Part shown: in pieces, positions 1 to 10,105 of the stretch
How the letters are laid out: each line of letters starts with the position of its first letter
Numbering within the stretch: the stretch's first letter is position 1
Source: an uncultured delta proteobacterium
Lineage (GTDB): Bacteria > Desulfobacterota > Binatia > UBA9968
NCBI GenBank assembly: GCA_963816145.1
Contig: CAWFJP010000015.1
Coordinates: 64,001 to 128,000, forward strand
Length of the DNA: 64,000 nucleotides
Direction of reading: 5' to 3'
Notes under the pieces: model-generated
Databases searched by the model: none
What the model was told of the DNA's origin: nothing
What the model saw: only the letters and a program-made list of their open reading frames with translations
Program-made: the position numbers and the translations under genes

Positions 1-1153
1 TCGCCAAAGTATTCCATAGAGAGCGCAAAAGGATGGGATCGCTGAGCGTTGTGCGCCAGTTCTCCAGAGTCCAAGGTTCGGCAATGTGGAAAAAACCGAA
101 CAGTTTCATAAACGTGCCCATCACTAGCAGTGTCGTCGGCACCAGCGTGATAAACACGGCGAAAAGCAGCACCAAAACGAAAGCCGGATAGCGCCACTTG
201 CCAAGGGGGGTCGGCCTGATGCTGAATCCCCGGCCGGTAATGGTCTCGTAACTGCGCTTGCCAATATATTTGCGCTGCAGCGCGACCATCATCAATAGGA
301 CGCCGAGAAACACGGTACTGAGCGCCATCGCCGGCGCGAATTGCGGCGGCTCCCAAGTCACCAGTTCGTGAATTTTAGTCGAGTAAACCTGTAAGCCGAT
401 AGGAGTGCCTAGCAACAGCTCGATCTCGAAAGCTTCCAATGAGCGGATTAGACCCAGAATGGTCGTCACCAAGATTGCCGGCATCATCACCGGTATGACG
501 ATGCGAAAGAAGGTCCGCGCGCCGCTCGCTCCGGAGATCTTCGAGGCCTCCTCCAGCACCGCATCGAGATTGCGAAACGCGGGAGCGAGCAACATGACCT
601 TGACGCTCACCGTGCCGCCCATATGTGCCCAGACGATGCCCCAAAACGAATAGATGTTGAACAACGGCTGGCCAATGACACCCAAGCTCATCAATCCTTG
701 ATTCATCAGTCCATACTTGGGGTCGAGCAAGAGTATCCAGCCCATGGTCTCCGGCAGCGCGGGTAAAAAGAACGACAACCAGAAGAAGAACTCCAGAGTT
801 CCTTTCATGGGGATATCGGTACGCGCGATCAGCCAGGCGAAAAACGCACCGATCAAGAGCGCAATCGCCTGGCGCGTCAGCGCCAAAGTCACCGTGTTGG
901 TCATCGCTTTGACGATTCCTGGCGTGGTGAATGCTTTGATCCAACCGTCAATCCCCCAAACGATCGGTTGGCCGGGGCGGGCAGTTTGAAAACTATTGAG
1001 GATCATCAAGAACAGCGGCGTCAGAACCAGGAAACCGACGATGACAATCAAGATGACGATCATCAGCGGCGGAGCTTGAAACCTGCGCTTCGGAAAAACC
1101 GCGGCTGCGACATACTCTATCGGCCGATCTAGGGTTTGGGATTTTTCATTCAT
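1..1153 (-). CDS. ABC transporter permease, FbpB/AfuB (Fe3+/polyamine-like) family; runs off window start
   Basis: Manual translation from ATG at 1153: MNEKSQTLDRP...IVGFLVLTPLFLMILNSF...AWLIARTDIP...LPALPETMGWILLLDPKYGLMNQ, then EAA-type motif (LEEASKISGASGARTFFRIVIP). Not in ORF track because truncated. Confidence 0.88.
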   Translation of the reverse strand, partial: MNEKSQTLDRPIEYVAAAVFPKRRFQAPPLMIVILIVIVGFLVLTPLFLMILNSFQTARPGQPIVWGIDGWIKAFTTPGIVKAMTNTVTLALTRQAIALLIGAFFAWLIARTDIPMKGTLEFFFWLSFFLPALPETMGWILLLDPKYGLMNQGLMSLGVIGQPLFNIYSFWGIVWAHMGGTVSVKVMLLAPAFRNLDAVLEEASKISGASGARTFFRIVIPVMMPAILVTTILGLIRSLEAFEIELLLGTPIGLQVYSTKIHELVTWEPPQFAPAMALSTVFLGVLLMMVALQRKYIGKRSYETITGRGFSIRPTPLGKWRYPAFVLVLLFAVFITLVPTTLLVMGTFMKLFGFFHIAEPWTLENWRTTLSDPILLRSLWNTLA

Positions 1154-1201
1154 GAGCAAACTTTTGGATTGTCACCGTTATACGGAGGCTGAAGAAAATC
1201 G

Positions 1202-2353
1202 TCAATCATCGTTGGCGGCGACATCGTAGTTCATGTCGAGCGCGATGCCTTTTTTCGCGAGTTCTACCTCATAGTTTCGGCGAATCGCCGCATCTTCATC
1301 CTCATATTCGATCAGCGTGCCACCGTGTTTGACCGAGGTATAAACTCCCGCGCGAATGGCGGCGACGCGAATACCCAACGGAAACTTCTGGCTGCCGCAA
1401 CGAAGCGCCAACTGCAGGGCTCGTTCGGGCCCAGTATTGAAGTGTTGATGAAACCAATTGGTTGGCGGACTGAAAACGCTCCCCGGCACCCAATCGACGC
1501 GAACCACCTGATCACCGTAGCCATTCTCGTAGGGTTTGACGCCCAAGTGATTGGGCCACATGAGCGAATAGCCTTCCGAGCGCAAAATGACCAGCACCGC
1601 GCCGCCGCCATGAAAATGCGCCTTGTGATAGCGCCCAACCGGCCATTCGGCGAGATGACCGATCAATATGTTATTCGAAATCTCGAACTGCGTCAGATTG
1701 ACGCCGGCGCCTTTTTGCTCCTGCGCATCGATCCGCGCCTTGCTCGCGTCCGGTATAAAATTGGTCTCCCATATCCATTGGCGGTTATTGGCCGCAAGGT
1801 AGCGATCAACGCCGGGTTCAAAATATCCCGACTCGCCGTCGTAGCGGTCTTGAAACGCAAAGTCGCTGTTAAAAACGAACTGCTCGTTGTGATAGTGATC
1901 GAGCGCCATCGGCGCGGTGGTGATAGCGAGAAACAATGCCGGTTCGCTGCCGTGATTGATTAAGCGATGCAGCGTGTTCATTGGCGGCGAAAATAAACTG
2001 CCGGCGCGCCAAAGAAGATTTTGCGGCACGCGGTCGCGCTGCTGAATCTCCGCCACGCCTTCGCCCTGAAGGATATAAATAATTTTCTCGTAAAGATGGC
2101 GCTCAGGCAGCGTCGTCGCGCCAGCGTCAAGTTTGCCAACATATACACCGGTAATGCCCTCGAGGCCGCGCAATTGCAGGTAGGCGCCGTCGCAACCGAT
2201 ACGTTTCCATGCTTTGAGCGAAATGTTTCGCACGTCGGTTACCCCGTAGCCGTCGACGACCGGTATGCCTTCGGTTTCCATGAATCGTTCGTAGTAGGTT
2301 CTTTGCCTCGCTTTTGCCGTGCCGATGTTTACCACCTTTGAGTCCATAGACAT
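1202..2353 (-). CDS. Bicupin protein (gentisate 1,2-dioxygenase-like fold), paralog 1
   Basis: Two cupin repeats: ERHLYEKIIYILQGEG...GSLFSPPMNTLH and YHKAHFHGGGA...GSVFSPPTNWFHQHFN. Confidence 0.8.
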   Translation of the reverse strand: MSMDSKVVNIGTAKARQRTYYERFMETEGIPVVDGYGVTDVRNISLKAWKRIGCDGAYLQLRGLEGITGVYVGKLDAGATTLPERHLYEKIIYILQGEGVAEIQQRDRVPQNLLWRAGSLFSPPMNTLHRLINHGSEPALFLAITTAPMALDHYHNEQFVFNSDFAFQDRYDGESGYFEPGVDRYLAANNRQWIWETNFIPDASKARIDAQEQKGAGVNLTQFEISNNILIGHLAEWPVGRYHKAHFHGGGAVLVILRSEGYSLMWPNHLGVKPYENGYGDQVVRVDWVPGSVFSPPTNWFHQHFNTGPERALQLALRCGSQKFPLGIRVAAIRAGVYTSVKHGGTLIEYEDEDAAIRRNYEVELAKKGIALDMNYDVAANDD

Positions 2354-2464
2354 TTCCTTTCATGGCGTGACGGCTGTCACGTGAGTTCCGATATCCATCG
2401 ATCAATTGTTGCAGTTTGACCCTTTTGTGTCGCAGCCGCGCCTGCTGAAGTGCCACGGCGTGGT

Positions 2465-3940
2465 TCAGTGGTTTTTGAAACCATATTCTTCCCACCTGCG
2501 CTTTAACGTCGCCGCGATTTCCGGGGAAATCGCCGTGCCCAGCGGCGGATAGCGATGGCCGCCGTAGTGTTCCTGCGGTTCTAGCGCCCAGTTGATGGTC
2601 GCGTCGATTAACACCCGGGTCCAAAGGCCATGGCCGTATTTCACCGAGTTGCGGTCGGCGGCTGGCACACTCGGATCGAGCATCGAACCCGAGGTGCCGG
2701 CAAACGTTGAAATATCCCCCAATCCAGCGTTGACGCGGTAGCAAAGGGCCCACTCGATCGCTTCCCAATCGTGAATATCGATGTCGTCATCGACAACGAT
2801 CACATGCTTGGCGGCGTAGTTGCCGAGATGGCTGCCCCACAGCGCGGTCGCCACCTGCTGAGCATGGCCGCGGTGTGATTTGCGTATTTGAATGCGCAGC
2901 ATCTCGGGCCACTTGCCGCGCCATACACCGGTGACATTGGCGACGCCGGCTTGTTCGAGCGTATGCCAAGCCATCGCGGAGAAAGTCGCCGGCGTCCAGG
3001 TGCTGCACTCGTTGGTGCGACCCGGACTGGCGCCGGTCAAACAGCCGTGAAAGATCGGATCGTTGCGAAAAGTGATACAGGTGACTTTGATCGTATGCTT
3101 GGGCGATTTAGTGCCGCCGTAGTATCCCGGGTATTCGCTGAAAGGACCCTCCGGCGTAAAGGTCTCGGGATCCGGCGACACGAAGCCTTCGAGCACGATC
3201 TCCGCCGACGCCGGCACCATCAAATCGTTGGTCTCACATTTCACCAATTCCACCGGCGCCCGGCGCAGCGAACCGGCCATGTCGTACTCAGGGTAAATCA
3301 CCGGCGTCGACGCAGCGATAAACAGCGCTTGATCCCAACCCAGCACCACCGCCACAGGCATCGCTTCGTTGCGGCTCCGATGCTTAACAAAATGCATTCC
3401 CCAACCCTGGGTTGTCGCCAGCAATACACCGATGGTGTTCTTGCTGCCGATCATGCCGCGGTAGGTGCCAACGTTGAGGGTGCCGCTGTCAGGATCGCGC
3501 GTCACCACGCTGCCCGAAGTCATGATGTAGCGGCCGCCGTCGAGCGGATTCCACTTGGGAACAGGCAATTGATAAAGGTCGACACCGTCGCCCTTGACGA
3601 TGTTTTCTTTTACCGGTCCCTTGCTAACAGTGACCGGTTTGACCGGGTTGGCGAAGCGCTCCTTAAAAACCCGGACGATGTCGCGATCGTGGGTATTCTC
3701 GGCAACGCCAAGGATCCAGCACAGCCGTTTCTTGGTGCCGGTGCCGTTGGTAAATAGCCGCCGACATAAGGTTTCTTTATGACCCTTGATATTTTCGAAG
3801 AGCAACGCCGGTCCGTATTGGCTAGCAATTTCCCGAGTGATCGCACCGAGTTCTTCGTTCCAATCGACCTCGGCCCGTACTCTCGCGAGCTCGTTTCTCT
3901 CTTCCAAATCATTGATAAAATCGCGCAGATCCTGCCCCAT
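2465..3940 (-). CDS. UbiD-family prFMN-dependent (de)carboxylase, paralog 1 (canonical catalytic motifs)
   Basis: DLRDFI N-terminus, GPALLFEN, DGGRY, NVGTYR (Arg), VPASAEIVLEG, EGPFSEYPGYY, KHVIVVDDDID, IDAT. Confidence 0.93.
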   Translation of the reverse strand: MGQDLRDFINDLEERNELARVRAEVDWNEELGAITREIASQYGPALLFENIKGHKETLCRRLFTNGTGTKKRLCWILGVAENTHDRDIVRVFKERFANPVKPVTVSKGPVKENIVKGDGVDLYQLPVPKWNPLDGGRYIMTSGSVVTRDPDSGTLNVGTYRGMIGSKNTIGVLLATTQGWGMHFVKHRSRNEAMPVAVVLGWDQALFIAASTPVIYPEYDMAGSLRRAPVELVKCETNDLMVPASAEIVLEGFVSPDPETFTPEGPFSEYPGYYGGTKSPKHTIKVTCITFRNDPIFHGCLTGASPGRTNECSTWTPATFSAMAWHTLEQAGVANVTGVWRGKWPEMLRIQIRKSHRGHAQQVATALWGSHLGNYAAKHVIVVDDDIDIHDWEAIEWALCYRVNAGLGDISTFAGTSGSMLDPSVPAADRNSVKYGHGLWTRVLIDATINWALEPQEHYGGHRYPPLGTAISPEIAATLKRRWEEYGFKNH

Positions 3941-3948
3941 CGTGTGAC

Positions 3949-4950
3949 CTACTCCGTTCGTTTGGAATTTTGCTCCTCCAGCGAGATTAGCGCGCGCCGG
4001 ATTAGAGTCCTACTCAAATCGACTTTGTATTGATTCATGCGCAGCGGTTTAGCCGGCCGCAACGCAGTTTCCGCTGCCCCCGCGGCAAGATCTTCGCTCA
4101 TGGATCGGTTGCGTAGAAGATCTTCGGCCTCGGCGCAGCGGTACGGAAACGTCGCCACGCCGCCAAGCACGATTCTCAAGTCGCGCCAAACATGATCCTC
4201 AATCACCGCGCTCACGGCCACGCTGGCGATGGCGAAGTCCCACGACTTGCGCAGGGCGAATTTAACGTAGGTGCTATGCGTCGGACGAAAGGGCACTTCG
4301 ATTTCGGTGACGATCTCATCAAGTCCGAGTGTGTGTGATTGGAGCCTGCCGCCGACCCAGTTGTGCCCGCTGAGGAATTCGCCCATGGACACGACCCGCC
4401 CGCCCCGCGGCGAAGCCACGTGAAGGTTCGCGTCGAGCGCCGCTAGCGCCACGGCCGTGTCCGATGGATGGTTCGCTAGACAGAGATGGCCACCCATGAC
4501 GCTGCCGTAGTAACGGCTGTCGCCGCCGGCCAGATCGCAGAATTTGCCGCCGCTCTTCCAGCATGAAAAACCGTCCTGCAGATACCAGCACCACACGTCC
4601 TGGCAAATATTTCCGCCGAGCGTGCCTAAATTGCGAATCTGCGGCGACGCGACGACGGCCGCCGCTTGCGCCAACACGCTGCAGTTTTTCTGCAATTCCG
4701 CTGATAGCGCGACCTGCGACAGCGTCGCGAGGGCGCCGATGCGCAGATTCTCTTCCGGTCGCGAGCGGATCTGGTTCAGTCCCGAGATGTTTTTTAGATT
4801 GATGACGCACTCGGGTTGAACGATGAACTTCTTGATGCGGAACAAAAGGTCCTGGCCGCCGGCCAAGAGCCAGGCCCCTTCGCCGTACCGGCTAAGGGCC
4901 GACAACGCGTCGTCAGTCGAAACGGCGTTGATATGTTTGAAGTTGATCAA
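3949..4950 (-). CDS. Xanthine dehydrogenase-family FAD subunit with PaoB/HcrB-type Cys insert
   Basis: LAGGQDL, IGAL, ASPQIRNLGTLGGN, HPSD, RIVLGGVA; TTG start overlaps upstream stop (TTGA). Confidence 0.92.
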   Translation of the reverse strand: MINFKHINAVSTDDALSALSRYGEGAWLLAGGQDLLFRIKKFIVQPECVINLKNISGLNQIRSRPEENLRIGALATLSQVALSAELQKNCSVLAQAAAVVASPQIRNLGTLGGNICQDVWCWYLQDGFSCWKSGGKFCDLAGGDSRYYGSVMGGHLCLANHPSDTAVALAALDANLHVASPRGGRVVSMGEFLSGHNWVGGRLQSHTLGLDEIVTEIEVPFRPTHSTYVKFALRKSWDFAIASVAVSAVIEDHVWRDLRIVLGGVATFPYRCAEAEDLLRNRSMSEDLAAGAAETALRPAKPLRMNQYKVDLSRTLIRRALISLEEQNSKRTE

Positions 4951-7271
4951 GCGGCGCCCCTTTTTGCGTCTTGAAGCGCCTTAAGCACCCTGTCCGGCGT
5001 CATCGGCAGTTCGGTCAGCCGAATGCCGGCCGCATTAAAAATAGCGTTGGCAATTGCCGGAGCGACGCCGACGTAAGATATCTCCGAGCACCCTTTGGCG
5101 CCGAACGGATGGGTCGGCTCGCCCAATTCGACGACCACCGGATCGATGTTGGGAACATCCAAAATCGACGGGGTTCTGAGATCGAGAAACCATTGATTGA
5201 GCGCCGTCCCGGTCCGGGAGTCGAAACAAAAACCTTCGGTCATCGCGTAGCCCAGGCCCTGGGCCGCGCCGCCGAGAATTTGCCCATCGAGGATCATCGG
5301 ATTGATGGCACGGCCGACATCATGGGAGGAAACCAGGCGCAAAATTTTCACCTCGCCGGTCTCGACATCGACTTCAACTTCTGCAAACGCGGCAGCAAAG
5401 CCATAGGCGAAAAGATTATCATCCTTGGCGTTGTGAATGCCTTTGCCGCTGATTCTGCCGCCGGCATGACGCGCGACTTCGGCTAAATTTACCTTTCGCC
5501 AAGTCTCCGAGCGTACCCACACCGAGCCTTTGCCAACTTCGAGATCTTTAGCATCTCGATTCAACAACACCGCCGCGTGCTTGAGCACCAGTTTCTTCGC
5601 TTCCTCAGCGGCTCTGCAAGCGGCGATACCCGTGGCATAGACTGTGCGGCTCGAAAACGGTCCGGAATCGAAGGGACAGATCGCCGTATCTGCGTTGTCG
5701 CCATACACTTCTTCCAGGCCAACAGCGAAGATTTCCGCGACCATCTGGCGCAGCGTGGTCTGTTGCTCCGAACCTTGGTCCGGCGTCCCGGAAAAAAATG
5801 AAATCCGGCCATTACCGTCGATGACAACCTCCGCCTCCGATGTGCCCGCGGGATTGCTGCCGCAACTATGGATCACCAGCGCCATGCCGATGCCCTTTTT
5901 CCGCGGTCCAGGAGTGGCGCCCGGACGCGCCGATCGACGTTCCCAGCCGATCGCCTTCGCGCCGCTGCGCGCCGCTTCCTCGACCCAGACCGTCGACATG
6001 ATTTTCCCCGGCGCCGAGCACAGATCGTCGCCTTCATGGAGTCGGTTTTTGAGACGAAACTCGATGGGGTCCATCTGGATGGCGTCGGCCAATTCGTCGA
6101 GCACCGATTCAATGGCAAAGTGGCTCTCAGCATCGGCGCGGCCGCGGTAGGGCCCCGTGGTCGGATGGTTGGTGCGCACGACGAAGACCTCCCACTTCAC
6201 GTTGGGGCAGCCATGATAGAGATCCATCGGCCGAGTGCAGATATGTTGCGCGATATTTTCGCCGAGCCCGATCCAAAAGCCGTTGTCGAGATACGTGCGC
6301 ACTTCGAACGCCGTGAGAGCGCCATCCTTCTTTGCGCCGACTTTAACGTAGTGAGTCAGTGCCGAGCGATTATGCGAATCGAGGCTTTCTTCCTCGCGGC
6401 TAAACCAGACTTTGACCGGCCGACCCGTCTGGCGCGCCATGAGCGCTGTGAGAACGGCAAATCGGCCGGTAACCTTGACGCCGAAGGCGCCGCCAAGATT
6501 GGTCGACACCACGCGCACGCAAGCCATCGGCAGATCGAGCACCTGCGCGACGCTCTCTTGCAAGCGATAGGGGTCCTGGACCGAACACCACAGGGTGCAC
6601 TGGCCGTCTTCATAGACAGCCACGCAGGCGCGCGGCTCGTGGGACACCGCGCCGACATGGGATTGGCGAAAAACTCGCTCGACGACAACGTCGCTTTGCA
6701 AAAACCCCGCGGCGATATCGCCTCTGGCATTGACCACCGTCGGCCGGTCGGCATCGCCGCGCAAGACGTTGCTCGATGGGTCGATCGCCGTCGCCGGCCG
6801 GCCGCCGCCAGGGCGCGCCAGGACTCCCTCCGGCATAAACGCCACGGCTAACGGTGACTGCGGCTGAATGGCCATCTCCGCGTCCAACACCGCTGGTAAC
6901 ATTTCGTATTTGACTTCGATGGCGCGCGCCGCCGCTTCGGCAATATTCCAATCCTCGGCCGCCACCGCCGCCACCGAGTCGCCAACGAAGCGCACTTCCT
7001 GATCGAGCGGGTACAGCTCTTCTTGGTAAGGGCCGAACAGGACTTTTGGCACGTCGTCGTGGGTCAGGATCGCAACCACTCCGGGAATTTTTCGCGCCGC
7101 CGCGCTGTTCACTTCGACGATCCGCGCATGCGCGTGCGGACTCCGGACAATCTTCATCCAGAGCATATTCGGCAGGTTAATATCGGCGGCAAATCGCAGT
7201 TCGCCGGTCGCCTTCTCGATGCCGTAAACCGGGGCGACCGATTTGCCAACGGTGAGTAATTCTTCGCTCAC
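4947..7271 (-). CDS. Xanthine dehydrogenase-family molybdopterin-binding subunit
   Basis: KATG..F..D, RSPHAHARI, EVRFVGD, HEPRAC, GGAFGVK, AEVEVDVETGEV, HDVGRAINP, GQILGG, PFGAKGCSE; start reassigned to GTG 7271 overlapping the 2Fe-2S gene stop (GTGA). Confidence 0.93.
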   Translation of the reverse strand: MSEELLTVGKSVAPVYGIEKATGELRFAADINLPNMLWMKIVRSPHAHARIVEVNSAAARKIPGVVAILTHDDVPKVLFGPYQEELYPLDQEVRFVGDSVAAVAAEDWNIAEAAARAIEVKYEMLPAVLDAEMAIQPQSPLAVAFMPEGVLARPGGGRPATAIDPSSNVLRGDADRPTVVNARGDIAAGFLQSDVVVERVFRQSHVGAVSHEPRACVAVYEDGQCTLWCSVQDPYRLQESVAQVLDLPMACVRVVSTNLGGAFGVKVTGRFAVLTALMARQTGRPVKVWFSREEESLDSHNRSALTHYVKVGAKKDGALTAFEVRTYLDNGFWIGLGENIAQHICTRPMDLYHGCPNVKWEVFVVRTNHPTTGPYRGRADAESHFAIESVLDELADAIQMDPIEFRLKNRLHEGDDLCSAPGKIMSTVWVEEAARSGAKAIGWERRSARPGATPGPRKKGIGMALVIHSCGSNPAGTSEAEVVIDGNGRISFFSGTPDQGSEQQTTLRQMVAEIFAVGLEEVYGDNADTAICPFDSGPFSSRTVYATGIAACRAAEEAKKLVLKHAAVLLNRDAKDLEVGKGSVWVRSETWRKVNLAEVARHAGGRISGKGIHNAKDDNLFAYGFAAAFAEVEVDVETGEVKILRLVSSHDVGRAINPMILDGQILGGAAQGLGYAMTEGFCFDSRTGTALNQWFLDLRTPSILDVPNIDPVVVELGEPTHPFGAKGCSEISYVGVAPAIANAIFNAAGIRLTELPMTPDRVLKALQDAKRGAA

Positions 7272-7771
7272 GGCTCCCCCCTCATGACGCTTGCGGCTTC
7301 GAGCACCGCGTTGACGATGGAGGTGTAACCCGTGCAGCGGCAGAGCACCCCCGAGAGGGCAGCGCGTACCTCGGCCGCCGTGGGTTTGGGATTGCGGTCG
7401 AGCAACGCCTTCGCCGACATAATCATACCCGGCGTGCACCAGCCGCACTGGGCGGCATAAGAAAGCGCAAAGCTTTTCTGTAAGGGATGCAGGTTATCCT
7501 TGGTTCCGAGCCCTTCGATCGTCAGGATCTCTTTACCCTGCGCCTCCACCGCCAATATCGAGCAGGAGTAAACATCGACGCCGTCCATCAGAACAGTGCA
7601 CGAGCCGCAGCCACCGTAGTCGCAGGCGCGTTTGGTGCCGGTAAGATCGAGCCGATTTCTCAACACATCGTTGAGCGTCCAGTTCGAATCGATATCCACC
7701 CGATGAACACATCCGTTGATTTTGAGCGCAATATTGTGAGTTTCCTGATCGTCCATTTTTTGGCTCGCCAA
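7268..7771 (-). CDS. XDH-family [2Fe-2S] small subunit
   Basis: TGTKRACDYGGCGSCTV, TIEGL, QCGWCTPG, LCRCTGY; no Tat signal. Confidence 0.95.
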   Translation of the reverse strand: MASQKMDDQETHNIALKINGCVHRVDIDSNWTLNDVLRNRLDLTGTKRACDYGGCGSCTVLMDGVDVYSCSILAVEAQGKEILTIEGLGTKDNLHPLQKSFALSYAAQCGWCTPGMIMSAKALLDRNPKPTAAEVRAALSGVLCRCTGYTSIVNAVLEAASVMRGEP

Positions 7772-7774
7772 ACC

Positions 7775-8908
7775 CTAATCCAGCAGCTTGCGCGCCAGCT
7801 CCGCGCCCGGCTCTCTAATTTTGTAGATCTTGTCTTCGGATTGATTCTCGCGTTTAAAAAACTCCTCCGGCGTCATGGTATCCTTCGCCGCACTGATACC
7901 GGTCTTTCTAAGCCAGGTGGTATCGACATCGAGCCGGCGCGTCGGTTCGCCCATACCGGTTGTATAAACCTCTTGGCCCTCTTTACCGAGAAACCAGTTG
8001 ACGAAGAGTTTGGTTGCGTTCGGGTGCGGCCCGTTCTTAATAACCGTCAGGCCACCGTAACCTGTGGTCACGTACATGCCTTCTTTCGGCTTGGGAAGGG
8101 GTTTGACGGGGAGGCCGGCCTTGATGAACGGCAAGAAGTCCGCGTAGGCAATACCGAGGGCGATGGAGAGACGCTCTTTTGCAGTGTTTTCGGCCAGCAG
8201 CCGCAGATCGCGGGAGATGAACATCTTCTGCCCGACGAGCGTCTTGAGAAATCCCTCTCCCTTAATCGACCGCATATACGACCACATGGACGCTCCGGAA
8301 CCGGGTGTGCGCGGGTCACTTAGACCGATCTTGCCCTGCCATTTCGGATTCAAGAGATCGTCAAAAGAGCGAAACTCCTCTGGCTTTACTAGATTCGTAT
8401 TATGCCAGAGGCTCTCGGTTTGATAGGCCGCGAAGCTGTAGATAAAGCGCTTGGCGTTGTCCATCCAGATATGGCCGCCCCACCAGTTTTTAGTCGCGGT
8501 AACTTCTGGAATTACAAACCAAGGTTCGACTGGTTCGAGGATTCCTTCGGCCATAAGCCCTTTAACGGCCGATTCAGTCCCACCGATGTGGAGATCGAAG
8601 TTTGCAATTCCGGCCTTGAATTCTTCAGCGATGCGAGTGATCAAAGTTGCGCCCCGCGCCGGAACTAACTCAAGGGTTATGCCGAAGCGTTTTCCAAAAG
8701 TTTCTTCAACGCCTTTGCGAAACTCCGCGCTCGGTGGAATCGACACGACGAGCTTGCCTTCCGCCTTCGCAGCTTCAGCGAGTTTCTGCCACTCGTTTCC
8801 AGCCGGCGCTCTGGCGCTTTGCCCGTAGGCCAACCATGGTAGTCCGGCAATGAGCGCCGACAGCATAAGCGCTAAACAAATCAAATTTGAATGCCGCATA
8901 AGGCTCAA
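7775..8908 (-). CDS. ABC extracellular solute-binding protein (AfuA/FbpA-like), tandem copy 4
   Basis: Signal peptide, AAKAEGKLVV, DLLNPKWQGKI, PHPNATKLFVNWFLGKEGQ. Confidence 0.9.
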   Translation of the reverse strand: MSLMRHSNLICLALMLSALIAGLPWLAYGQSARAPAGNEWQKLAEAAKAEGKLVVSIPPSAEFRKGVEETFGKRFGITLELVPARGATLITRIAEEFKAGIANFDLHIGGTESAVKGLMAEGILEPVEPWFVIPEVTATKNWWGGHIWMDNAKRFIYSFAAYQTESLWHNTNLVKPEEFRSFDDLLNPKWQGKIGLSDPRTPGSGASMWSYMRSIKGEGFLKTLVGQKMFISRDLRLLAENTAKERLSIALGIAYADFLPFIKAGLPVKPLPKPKEGMYVTTGYGGLTVIKNGPHPNATKLFVNWFLGKEGQEVYTTGMGEPTRRLDVDTTWLRKTGISAAKDTMTPEEFFKRENQSEDKIYKIREPGAELARKLLD

Positions 8909-8962
8909 TCTTTCACCGGCTGAGCGTAGCTAAAACCGAATCGCAATCATTCTTGCGAATGT

Positions 8963-10075
8963 CTAATTGCCGAGTAGCTTGCGCGCCACCGCCGCGGCCG
9001 GCTCACGGATATTTTTAATCTTTTCCTCCGATTGATTTTCGTACTTGCCAAACTGTTCCGGCGGGAGAAAATCTTTAGCGGCAATGACGCCATAGTCGCG
9101 CAGCCATTTGGTTTCGATCTCCAAGCGACGGCTGCCCACACCCATGCCGCGCCCGAACACTTCTTGACCGTCACGGCTGAGCAACCAGTTGACGAACACC
9201 TTGGTGGCATTGGGATGTGGCTGATTTTTGAGAACGGTCAGATGACCGTAACCGCCGCTGATATAGAGCCCTTCCTTGGGCACCGGCAAGGGCAGAACCG
9301 GAAGATCGACTTTGATAAAGGGTTGAAACTCCGAGTAGCCGATGCCGGAGGTCACGGCGATCTTGCCCCGCGCCAAATTCTCCGCCAGCAGCCGCAGATC
9401 CCGCGTGATAAACAGTTTCTGCGCCACCAGCTTGCGCAAAAACTCTTCGCCCTTGATGTGGTGCATATACGACCACATCGATGAACCGGAGCCGGGCGTG
9501 CGCGGGTCGCTGATGCCGATCTTGCCGACGAGCTTGGGATCAAGCAGATCGTCGAAGGATTTAAACTCGCTGGGCTTGTACTGATTGCCATTGCTCCACA
9601 AACTGACCGTTTGGTAGGCGACGAAGTTGTAGACGTAACGCTTGGCGTTATCTATGTAAATATGGCCGCCCCACCAGTATTTAGGGTCGCGCACTTCCGG
9701 TAAAATCAAATAAGGATCGATTGGATCGAGAATATTTTCCGGCAAGAAGGCCGTGATCACCGACTCGGTGCCGCCGATATGCAGATCGAAATATTGCACG
9801 CCGGCCTTGGCCTCGCTGACGATGCGCTGCACCACCGCGCCGCCGCGCGCCGGCACGAACTCGGTAGCAATGCCGTAGCGGCGCGTGAACGCGATCTCCA
9901 TGAGCTTGCGCAATTCCGGTGTCGGCGGAATCGAAGCGACCACCTTGCCTTCCTTCTTGGCCGCTTCAAGAATCTTATCCCAGTCAGCCTGACGAAACTG
10001 TGAGGTCTGTGCTGCAAGAGGCGCAGCACTCAACAGCGCCAAGGTCAACGATGCCAACGAAATCAACTTCTTCAT
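8963..10075 (-). CDS. ABC extracellular solute-binding protein (AfuA/FbpA-like), tandem copy 3
   Basis: Signal peptide, AAKKEGKVV, DLLDPKLVGKI, PHPNATKVFVNWLLSRDGQ. Confidence 0.9.
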   Translation of the reverse strand: MKKLISLASLTLALLSAAPLAAQTSQFRQADWDKILEAAKKEGKVVASIPPTPELRKLMEIAFTRRYGIATEFVPARGGAVVQRIVSEAKAGVQYFDLHIGGTESVITAFLPENILDPIDPYLILPEVRDPKYWWGGHIYIDNAKRYVYNFVAYQTVSLWSNGNQYKPSEFKSFDDLLDPKLVGKIGISDPRTPGSGSSMWSYMHHIKGEEFLRKLVAQKLFITRDLRLLAENLARGKIAVTSGIGYSEFQPFIKVDLPVLPLPVPKEGLYISGGYGHLTVLKNQPHPNATKVFVNWLLSRDGQEVFGRGMGVGSRRLEIETKWLRDYGVIAAKDFLPPEQFGKYENQSEEKIKNIREPAAAVARKLLGN

Positions 10076-10105
10076 ATCCGCACTCGATAAATTCGCGCGG
10101 CCAAT

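Noticed and set aside
7272-7448. Long N-terminal extension of the Mo subunit in the ORF track
   Set aside because: It overlaps the 2Fe-2S gene out of frame; the GTGA overlap at 7268-7271 gives a normal start.
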